Notes under the pieces: model-generated
What the model saw: the letters and a program-made list of their open reading frames with translations, nothing else
The model's database searches: none
Told to the model about the DNA's origin: nothing
Origin: Octopus bimaculoides
Lineage: Eukaryota
Assembly: GCF_001194135.2 (NCBI RefSeq)
Contig: NC_068981.1
Location: 28,950,890 to 29,014,889 of the forward strand
Length of the DNA stretch: 64,000 bases
Direction of reading: 5' to 3'
In this document: in pieces, positions 54,346-64,000 of the stretch
How the letters are laid out: each line of letters begins with the position of its first letter
How positions within the stretch are numbered: position 1 is the stretch's first letter
Position numbers and translations under genes: made by a program

Positions 54346-54442
54346 NNNNNNNNNNNNNNNNNNNNNNNNNNNNNNNNNNNNNNNNNNNNNNNNNNNNNNN
54401 NNNNNNNNNNNNNNNNNNNNNNNNNNNNNNNNNNNNNNNNNN

Positions 54443-54510
<68 letters not shown>

Positions 54511-54894
54511 TATATATATGTAAATCGATAAATATCTAACAATGATTATCATCAATAAATCCAATACACCTCGTAAATGTTAGGTACATTTCTCTCCCTT
54601 CTGCGTCACAGGGCACGAACGTAAGAGAGCTACAGATGGCGCTTTGATCAATTGATTAATTGATTTATTAACTCATTAATAGCGAAACTCATGAATATGA
54701 GGTTTACTGAATCTTTATTCATTCTATTGCTCACATGTAATAAACCATAGGAATATTTTTTCGTTGTTTCGATTATGACAGCCCTTTCTAGCATGTAAGA
54801 AGTCCTATCGATGGTCTTTTACTTTGTGTATTTAAACACTCTGATAAACGATATATATATATATATATAGATAGATAGATAGATAGATAGATAG

Positions 54895-55046
54895 ATGCAA
54901 GCGTGGTCGTGCGGTAAGAACCACATGGTTCCGGGTTCAGTCCCACTGCGTAGCAACTTGGGCAGGTTTTTTTTACTATAGCCTCGGGCCGACCAGACCC
55001 TTGTGAGTGGATTTGGGCCGACGGGAACTGGAGTAAGCCCGTCGTG

Positions 55047-55088
<42 letters not shown>

Positions 55089-55285
55089 CATGTGTGTGTG
55101 TGTGTGTCTATGTATGTGTGCGTGCGTGTGTGTGTCTGCCTGTGTTTGTCCCGCAAGCATCGCTTAACAACCGATGCAGCTCGCCAAAAAGTGACCGATA
55201 GAATAAATACTAGGTTGACAAAGAATACGTCCTAGTGTCAATTTGTTCGACTAAATGTGGTGCTACAGCATGGCCGCAGTCAAAT
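54895..55285 (+). mobile_element. SINE family A (partly deleted tail)
   Basis: Head, central microsatellite and tail present. Confidence 0.85.
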
Positions 55286-55307
55286 GACTGCAACAAGTAA
55301 AAGAATA

Positions 55308-55361
<54 letters not shown>

Positions 55362-55384
55362 CAGAGAGAGAGGGGAGAGCGAGT

Positions 55385-55530
55385 TGAAATTTACTGAAAA
55401 ACAAAAGACAAAGACATGTATGAACAACAAGCAGGTGTATTAGTCTGACGCTCCGGAAAGTGAGGAAATCGTTTACGTTTCGAGCCTACGCTCTTCAACA
55501 GAAAGGAATAAGAGAAAATAAACAGAGAGA
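55385..55530 (-). mobile_element. Penelope-like end remnant with hammerhead-like motif (55470-55503)
   Basis: Minus strand CTGTTGA-A-GAGC gtag GCTC-GAA-ACGT-A; perfect 4-bp stem II; core position A6 is changed to T. Confidence 0.5.
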
Positions 55531-55537
55531 ATATATA

Positions 55538-55802
55538 TAATGTAATGTCATGTTGCCAATTTTATGCGGCAGTCCCATGAAAGGGAAGAATGTTACCTTA
55601 GGAAACACCGTTTCCAGTTGGTCATGACACATTTTCTGTATCCTTATGTTTTCAAAAGGGGAGATAAGCACGTCCACTCCTTTGAAACCATAAGGACATA
55701 GAAAGTGTGTCATGGAAACGGTGTTTCCTAGGACTAAATAGCAGTAGCATTCTTCCCTTTCATGGGACTGCTACATTAAGTTGGCAACATAACATCACCT
55801 TA
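55538..55802. repeat. Long hairpin (~125-bp arms, 13-nt loop)
   Basis: GCAGTCCCATGAAAGGGAAGAATG / CATTCTTCCCTTTCATGGGACTGC; TAGGAAACACCGTTTCCA / TGGAAACGGTGTTTCCTA; loop ATAAGCACGTCCA. Confidence 0.88.
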
Positions 55803-55847
55803 TCGTGCTGCTACTGTATAAATCTCTCTGAGAGATTTAGAAATGTA

Positions 55848-55897
<50 letters not shown>

Positions 55898-57297
55898 ATA
55901 TATAATGANNNNNNNNNNNNNNNNNNNNNNNNNNNNNNNNNNNNNNNNNNNNNNNNNNNNNNNNNNNNNNNNNNNNNNNNNNNNNNNNNNNNNNNNNNNN
56001 NNNNNNNNNNNNNNNNNNNNNNNNNNNNNNNNNNNNNNNNNNNNNNNNNNNNNNNNNNNNNNNNNNNNNNNNNNNNNNNNNNNNNNNNNNNNNNNNNNNN
56101 NNNNNNNNNNNNNNNNNNNNNNNNNNNNNNNNNNNNNNNNNNNNNNNNNNNNNNNNNNNNNNNNNNNNNNNNNNNNNNNNNNNNNNNNNNNNNNNNNNNN
56201 NNNNNNNNNNNNNNNNNNNNNNNNNNNNNNNNNNNNNNNNNNNNNNNNNNNNNNNNNNNNNNNNNNNNNNNNNNNNNNNNNNNNNNNNNNNNNNNNNNNN
56301 NNNNNNNNNNNNNNNNNNNNNNNNNNNNNNNNNNNNNNNNNNNNNNNNNNNNNNNNNNNNNNNNNNNNNNNNNNNNNNNNNNNNNNNNNNNNNNNNNNNN
56401 NNNNNNNNNNNNNNNNNNNNNNNNNNNNNNNNNNNNNNNNNNNNNNNNNNNNNNNNNNNNNNNNNNNNNNNNNNNNNNNNNNNNNNNNNNNNNNNNNNNN
56501 NNNNNNNNNNNNNNNNNNNNNNNNNNNNNNNNNNNNNNNNNNNNNNNNNNNNNNNNNNNNNNNNNNNNNNNNNNNNNNNNNNNNNNNNNNNNNNNNNNNN
56601 NNNNNNNNNNNNNNNNNNNNNNNNNNNNNNNNNNNNNNNNNNNNNNNNNNNNNNNNNNNNNNNNAAGAGAAGCGCTCTAATATGAAAATTTATTCTTTTC
56701 TCTTCTTTTCTTTATATTTTTATTTAATTTAAAAGCTGGAATATGCCATAAGTTTTTTTTTATTTTGTTCTTTTTTTATATCCTACTTTGATTTCACCAA
56801 ATCGTTTACTGGAGAGAAAAGAAAAAAGTACATCGTTTTAAATATCGTCAATCCTTAGTCAAAGTTGTTACGTTTAAACTCGTTTCATTTTTAACGCTTT
56901 TTATGAAAAAAAAAAAAAAAGTGATAAAGAAATAAGATAGATTTATTGAAGAAATAAATTTCAAAAGAAAACGTACACGAAAACACGTGTTATATGATGT
57001 ATGAATGTTGTATGATGTGTAAACAACTAGTCATAAATCATAAAGTAATACGTCGATTAAGTCCCTTCTTATCTTCGTTGGAAAGGAAAAGCATTTCATA
57101 ACTGAAGACGTCGTTAAACAAAACATCACCCACCACAACAAATATTCCACATTGAATGCTTGTTTACTGACACACTAGACACTCCGAAACCTTTATCTAA
57201 TACAATTTTTCGTAAATTCATATCATTTATCGCTTCCACTAATGATCCTATAACAATTAATCATCCATCTTCCTTATGAGGCTACATTAGTCTAATA

Positions 57298-57593
57298 CAG
57301 AAAACTTAAGTTTCTCTATGTCACTTCACTTATGGACACATATTTTAGGAAACAAAAGCAGCGTTCTGCTTCTTCGTTTATTTATTGATCAGTACTCACT
57401 GGTAAGGAGCTTTATTGCATGCATTCCAACTATGGCCATCCAATCTATATATACTTGAGAGATTGAACATGAAATGTTCTACAATATCTGACAAAGTCAC
57501 AGATATTTTTTAAGACATTAGGATACGATTTTGGAGGAAAATTTCGCTGCTGACTTTAGCAGGTCGAGCTTTTCAAAAGAAATTGTTTTTTTT

Positions 57594-57639
<46 letters not shown>

Positions 57640-57641
57640 AT

Positions 57642-57717
<76 letters not shown>

Positions 57718-57995
57718 GTACAATTTCTAGATCTGCTAAAATCAGCAGTAAAATTTCCCTCGAATCATATTCTAATGTCTTAAAAAATTAGCTGTGACTT
57801 CGTCACATAATGTAGGATTTTTCATGGTCATTCTTTCATGCATATATAGATTGAATGGCCATGGTTGGAATGCATACAATAATACGCCTTACCAGCGAGT
57901 ACTGATCAATAACTAAACAAGAAGCAGAACATTGCTTTTTGTTTCCTAAAATATATGTTCATAACTGAATTGACATAGAGAAACTTAAGATTCTT
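57298..57995. mobile_element. Foldback/MITE-like palindrome (~280-bp arms) centred on (CA)n
   Basis: CTTAAGTTTCTCTATGTCA / TGACATAGAGAAACTTAAG; TGATCAGTACTC / GAGTACTGATCA; arms pair in to the microsatellite. Confidence 0.85.
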
Positions 57996-58720
57996 GTCCT
58001 TCGAGGCGAAGAATTCCTTCATTGAAATTTCTACCTCTTCTTGGTTGATAAAGCATCGCGATCACAAGAAGTCAACAATAGACTGGAACATGTAATAATC
58101 CGAGCGAGCCACGTCCGGACTATATGCTGGGTGTAGCATTAGTTCGATTCCCTCAAGTTCCTGGAGTATATTCAGGGTCGTTCGAGCGGCATGAAGTTTT
58201 TCGTTGTCTTGCTTCAGAAAAGCTTACATTCTGATAACTACTGCCGGGTATTTTTGTTACATGATGACATACATCCGCTCAAGCTGTTTGCAGTAAAAGT
58301 TGGCATCGATGGTTCGACCGTCTGGAATTATCTCGTGGTGAATTATTCCACCAAACGCAGAGCATCACGTTCTTTTCGAAACGTCCATGTTTGGCGAAAG
58401 GTTTCGGAAGCTGGCTGTTGATTAGCTATTGCTTATGCTTGTTTGGATTGCGAAAAAAATATTTTCACTTGGATTAATACTTGTTCGATCCATGGCTCAC
58501 TTCCTGCACTTGCAATGCTCCATCAATCAAGAGGACGTGGACGCTTCAGTTAAGTTCTTCGCTTTGTAGGCTAAGAACTAGTATCAGCGTGGGATTAAAG
58601 AACTGGCAAAAGGTGATTTCAGACGATGCAACTTTTTTCAATGCGAGGCTGCTTTGTTGTAACTTCACAGCTAATACAAATAAGTTACCAAAATTTTGCA
58701 GGGCTTTTCAATCAACACAG
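57995..58720. mobile_element. Mariner transposase remnant with two outward-facing 3' portions
   Basis: Minus strand 58470->57995: IFFRNP...VMLCVWWN...QDN...HPAYSPDVARSDYYMF...KEFFASKDK. Plus strand 58471->58630: (DY)YLFRSMAHFL...NQEDV...FFA...YQRGIKELAK. Confidence 0.75.
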
Positions 58721-59090
58721 TATGTATGTGTATGTATGTGTGTGTGTGTGTGTGTGTGATAGATCACTAACCACTACACACATTTTTTCTCTCCTTGTTT
58801 CTTTCTGTGTTCCTTTNNNNNNNNNNNNNNNNNNNNNNNNNNNNNNNNNNNNNNNNNNNNNNNNNNNNNNNNNNNNNNNNNNNNNNNNNNNNNNNNNNNN
58901 NNNNNNNNNNNNNNNNACACACATACGCACTCACTCACACTCACGCACACACACACGACCAGCTTCTACTCTATCAAATTCTCTCAGAAGGCGTTGGTCA
59001 GTCCGGGATGATAACATAAAATAGCAATAAAATGCTAATTAAAACCAGAGATCATTAGGTTAGTAAAAGGTACCTGGCACAAGGTGCCGC

Positions 59091-59519
59091 CAGTGCTGGA
59101 TTAACCATTAAGCAAAATAAACACATGCTTAGGGAATCACGGGAAGGAGCCGGGAGCACCATAGAAATGATAAATGGTTTACGGCACAAAAGAAATCACC
59201 TTAAATATACTAAAATAATATTAGGGATGCGTTTATCTCTAGTAAGTATAGATGCAGATGTGTTACCTAAGATTAATTTTGAGGATCTGATCAAAGATTT
59301 TGCAATTCAAAAATGTAGGAGGAAACTTTTTCAAATATAAATGAAGTGGAAGTATTCAAAAATAAACATTATATCCCCTCTTACAGTTTTGTTTTGTTTT
59401 GAAAAATTCAAATTTATTTTATGGTTTGTTATTGTTTATATTTTGAATTACATGATCTTTTATGGGATAGCAAAATCTTTTAAGTGCTTAGGCGTTCGAT
59501 GGGTCCTAATCTGGCGCTG
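59091..59519 (+). mobile_element. hAT-superfamily MITE/deletion derivative
   Basis: Perfect 8-bp TSD GGTGCCGC (59083-59090, 59520-59527); imperfect TIR CAGTGCTGGATTA / TAATCTGGCGCTG; dimerisation-domain remnant RLSLVSIDADVLPKINFEDLIKDFAIQKCRRK; inserted into a SINE A head fragment. Confidence 0.88.
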
Positions 59520-59708
59520 GGTGCCGCGTTTGGGACTGAACCAGAAATCACGTTGTTTCAAAGTGATCTTCTTAATCTGACTGCCATGGCTGTATATGTT
59601 TTATATAAAAGTTTTTCAGCCTTAAAGGTAACTAGTTAAAAGGAATATTGCTGAAAATGGGAAAAAATGTGTTTACTTGTAGGCTGAAATCTATCTATCT
59701 ATCTATCT

Positions 59709-60150
59709 GTGGAGGCGCAATGGCCCAGTGATTAGGGCAGCGGACTCGCGGTCATAGGATCGTGGTTTCGATTCTCAGACCGGGCGTTGTGNNNNNNNNN
59801 NTGATTAGGGCAGCGGACTCGCGGTCATAGGATCGCGGTTTCGATTCTCAGACCGGGCGTTGTGAGTGTTTATTGAGCGAAAACACCTAAAGCTCCACGA
59901 GGCTCCGGCAGGGGATGGTGGCGAACCCTGCTGTACTCTCTCACCCCAACTTTCTCTCACTCTTACTTCCTGTTTCTGCTGTGCCTGTAATTCAAAGGGT
60001 CAGCCTTGTCTCACTGTGTCACGCTGAATATCCCCGAGAACTACGTTAAGGGTACACGTGTCTGTGGAGTGCTCAGTCACTTGCACGTTATTTTCACGCG
60101 CAGGCTGGAACACTCGACGTCGTAAGCGACGGAGTGCCAACACACAACAC
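59709..60150 (+). mobile_element. SINE family C (head duplicated across a 10-N gap)
   Basis: GGAGGCGCAATGGCCCAGTG A-box region, GGTTTCGATTC B-box; body matches 1-377. Confidence 0.88.
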
Positions 60151-60690
60151 AATCTATCAATCTATCTATCTATCTATCTTTTTGTCTACACACACACACA
60201 CACACAAATGAGAGAAGCGATGAAATACAGAAAGAAAAACAGTCAGAGAATGAGGAACAGAGGAAAATAATCGGAAAAGTGACAAATAGAGAAACTGAGA
60301 TAATTTACAGAACTGACAACAATGTCAGATCTATTTGTTTTGTCCCTCAATCGTTTTCTCTTTAATAACCGGTTAAACGAAATAGAATATTTATAATATT
60401 ACTACTAAATCATAAATATTCTATTTCGTTTTATCGGTTATTGAACGAAATAAGTTTATCCTTCTTTCTTTACTTTACTTTATCTGTGTCATTTTTATTC
60501 ATAAACTCCAGAATATCAATTTTGAAATTGACCTAAATATATTAACATACGTATTCACATACGTATTGATAGGCATACATAAAGAGAGGTATACATGCAA
60601 ACACACACACACATGCACACAAACAAACACACAAATATTTAGGAGCAACCAAATATGCTATAAATTAATACACATATGTATGAACATATT

Positions 60691-60924
60691 TATTCCTTTA
60701 TTGCCCACAAGAGGCTAAACATAGAGGGAGCAAACAAGGACAGCATGGGGGTTAAGTCGATTACATCGACCCCAGTGCGTAACTGGAAGTTAATTTATCG
60801 ACCCCGAAAGGATGAAAGGCAAAGTCGACCTCGGCTGAATTTGAACTCCGAACGTAACGGAAGACGAAATACCGCTAAGCATTTCGCCCAGCGTGCTAAC
60901 GTTTCTGCCAGCTCGCCGCCTTAG
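60691..60924 (-). mobile_element. SINE family B variant with alternative 3' tail and 19-bp TSD
   Basis: ACATATGTATGAACATATT at 60672-60690 and 60925-60943. Confidence 0.92.
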
Positions 60925-61483
60925 ACATATGTATGAACATATTGAGTGAGACGATGTTCGTATGTATATTTTCGAAAACAATATACGATTTTATGCGTAT
61001 AATGAATAACACGGTTAGTAAAAAAAAAGTACCCAATTTTGTAGAATTAACTTAACTTCATGATCTTCCAACCAAAGAACATTAAGGGTACATTCTTNNN
61101 NNNNNNNNNNNNNNNNNNNNNNNNNNNNNNNNNNNNNNNNNNNNNNNNNNNNNNNNNNNNNNNNNNNNNNNNNNNNNNNNNNNNNNNNNNNNNNNNNNNN
61201 NNNNNNNNNNNNNNNNNNNNNNNNNNNNNNNNNNNNNNNNNNNNNNNNNNNNNNNNNNNNNNNNNNNNNNNNNNNNNNNNNNNNNNNNNNNNNNNNNNNN
61301 NNNNNNNNNNNNNNNNNNNNNNNNNNNNNNNNNNNNNNNNNNNNNNNNNNNNNNNNNNNNNNNNNNNNNNNNNNNNNNNNNNNNNNNNNNNNNNNNNNNN
61401 NNNNNNNNNNNNNNNNNNNNNNNNNNNNNNNNNNNNNNNNNNNNNNNNNNNNNNNNNNNNNNTATATATATGTATATATATAC

Positions 61484-61618
61484 GTCGGGCTTCTTTCAGT
61501 TTCCGTCTATCAAATCCACTCACAAGGCTTTGGTCGGTACGAGGTTACAGTAGAAGAAACGGGCCCAAGGTGGCACGCAGTGAGACTGAACCCGGAACCA
61601 TGTGATTGGGAAGCAAGA
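61484..61618 (-). mobile_element. SINE family A head fragment
   Basis: GGGCTTCTTTCAGTTTCCGTCTA...GAACCCGGAACCATGTG. Confidence 0.85.
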
Positions 61619-62169
61619 GTGTTGATTTTTGTCATATCACAGAGGATGTTGAGATCACTGCTGTCAATCAATGACCATGTTTAGTTTATGTTCAAACTAT
61701 TTAATCAGATTCCTTGATTTTGTAAAGATCTACATATTTCCTAGTGACGTATGCTGCTGCCTTTTAATGTTAGTAGATATATTCGCTGTATTAATAATTT
61801 CACGAATCCAGAACGTATGTGGTCGATGGTTGCTTTACATTTCCAAAGATCCTGTATTGTGGATCTATTCGAGCCCTAGTGAAGCGATGGTATTGTACCA
61901 AAATTTGAAACCATTTTTATTTACGTTAAAGTTGCGTTGTTTTATTGTTGCTTCGTTTTATACGAGGTGTTCCAAGTCTCAAGCAGAGATGTCAATACAT
62001 ATGAGCGTTATTTATGATTAGGAATGATATATCGTACGGGAAGGAGACCAGATTCTGAGAACTAAGATTCTGTTAAATTCGTAATATTACAATTTTGAAA
62101 GAGTTTTAGAAGAACGAGATATTTTCAAGTTAACAATGCTTTACTTAGGATGCTGGCAGTACAAGTGAG

Positions 62170-62600
62170 AACAATTTTCCGTAGTTCTGATTACTTACAG
62201 CTTCTTAGTATTTGGCCATAGTGCTGAAGAGCATCATTTGGCATTGTCCCTAAGTCTTCAATGATAACAGGTACAGATTCCACATTTTGAGACTTGTATT
62301 TCAAAGTCCTTATGCTTAACTTTTCAAATGCTTTTACAGATGTATTGCAGTCTTTTGGGATTGACACATCTATGAGCAGAGAAATTTTTCCGATGTGATT
62401 TTATGCTACAATACTTAGTCGACTATTCTATACAGCACGAACGTCCCAGACAAAAGTAATATCTTATTTTCTACTACTTTGGCAGTCCTCATACGAGAGT
62501 TCAAGTTTACTGCATATAATCCACAGCAAATACCGGCCAAGTCTATCATGACGATATAATATATTTATCTGAGATTATCATACAGTATATCCTCCTCATC
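62170..62600 (-). pseudogene. R4/Dong-like restriction-like endonuclease region remnant
   Basis: RHDRLGRYLLWIICSKL...KVVENK...WDV...LIDVSIPKDCN...EKLS...VPVIIEDLG. Confidence 0.75.
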
Positions 62601-62780
62601 CCTCTTCTTATTTTGTTGTCGCTATATTATTATAATTATTGAGTGAGGGAACAGTGCGTGCCATCAAAGTCACAGTACAGTAAAAACATACGAAGCCCAG
62701 TATAACCATTATGAGTGCCCGTCATTTCAGACCTTGCACCTATATTAGAAAAGATTATTATTACTATTATTATTATTATT

Positions 62781-63326
62781 GAGCGAGAGAGCAGTGCATG
62801 CCATCAACGTGACACTGGGGTAAAATATACGAAGCCCAGTATACCCATTGTAACTACCCGTCTGATAAGGGTACATCTGGCACATGCGTCATAACCATAT
62901 ATGCACGACATGGTGATCTCATATCAAGATTAACAGCGCATGACCTTGAAGATAGGGGCTAGTTAGAATTTTCTTCAGGTCGGGTGGCCCGTGCTGCTCA
63001 ATAAGGGTTGTTTAAGGATGTTGAATGAAACACCCATGTTTCTAGAGGTGAATAATCCAAACTCGAAAGAATCCCTCTCAACACATGGATATGATGCTCC
63101 CTCACTACTTCTGCTCGTGATCAGAGATGCACATATCGCCAGCCAGTCAGGGACATTGCACAACTGGTTAAGGTCAAACAGCTGATAAGCAAATCTGTGG
63201 CATTGAGCAGAATATTTGCTGTAGCCCATCTTTTTATACCAAGACAAAACAATGTACATGATAACACTTCGAATCAGTTAAGATCAGAAGCCATGAGAGT
63301 CACTGCCTGGTACTACCTCCGGGCAT
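62781..63326 (-). mobile_element. ~545-bp non-coding interspersed element flanked by (AAT)n; partial second copy at 62641-62723
   Basis: 62641-62723 repeats 62781-62860; both abut (ATT)n; no ORF or clear Pol III boxes seen. Confidence 0.55.
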
Positions 63327-63530
63327 TTATTATTATTGATTATTATTGATTATTATTATTATTATTGATTATTATTAATATTACTCATATTATTATTATT
63401 ATTATTAATATTATTATTATTATTAATATTATTATTATTATTAATATTATTAATATTATTATTATTATTATTAATATTATTATTATTATTATTAATNNNN
63501 NNNNNNTAATATTATTATTATTATTATTAT

Positions 63531-63561
<31 letters not shown>

Positions 63562-63720
63562 ATTATTAATATTATTATTATTAATATTATTATTATTATT
63601 AATATTATTAATATTATTATTATTATTATTAATATTATTATTATTATTATTAATATTATTAATATTATTATTATTATTATTATTAATATTATTATTATTA
63701 TTAGTAGTAGTAGTTGTACT
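63327..63720. repeat. (ATT)n/(ATTA)-type compound microsatellite
   Basis: Direct reading. Confidence 0.95.
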
Positions 63721-64000
63721 AGTAGCAACGATAATATTGTAATGATGGTTTTAGGAAGTGTTTGTGTTGTAGTATAATTAGTATGAATAATAATACTCTT
63801 ACCGTAGTTGTAATATAACTCGGTAGTAGTATGACAACCGCACAACACACAACTTGCTCCGCTCCCATCTTCGCCGTCGTCGTTGTCATCGTCATCATCA
63901 ACGTCGTCAGCATCATTGTCGTCGTGTTCATATTTTCATTGTTATTCCACTGAAAATATATCAACGTTAGTAGCCGAGGAAGCAAGTTTAAAAACGAAGC

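Noticed and set aside
59709-59790. tRNA-like sequence (also the heads of families A and B)
   Set aside because: Continues into a SINE body and lacks a complete cloverleaf; not a tRNA gene.

Overview
AT-rich eukaryotic (animal) non-coding DNA from a gapped draft assembly. It is dense in (TA)n/(CA)n/(AAT)n microsatellites, and many N runs sit inside those repeats. The SINE families and LINE remnants look like those of an octopod cephalopod, probably Octopus (inference from repeat content). I found no convincing host protein-coding exon, rRNA, intact tRNA or CRISPR array; nearly all ORFs in the supplied track are microsatellite or gap artefacts. The window is a transposon mosaic. Retroelements: three tRNA-headed SINE families (called A, B, C here), remnants of RTE, R4/Dong-like, CR1/L2-like and gypsy elements, and Penelope-like ends carrying minimal hammerhead-ribozyme motifs. 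DNA elements: a Helitron-like element, Tc1/mariner-superfamily elements (one with 38-residue DD..D spacing, two rearranged so that they carry the same end twice), a pogo-like derivative, a hAT MITE with a perfect 8-bp TSD, and three long inverted-repeat structures. The most interesting signals are the hammerhead motifs, the double-ended mariners, the long hairpins and the modular SINE architecture. All are modest novelty candidates rather than a proven new system.
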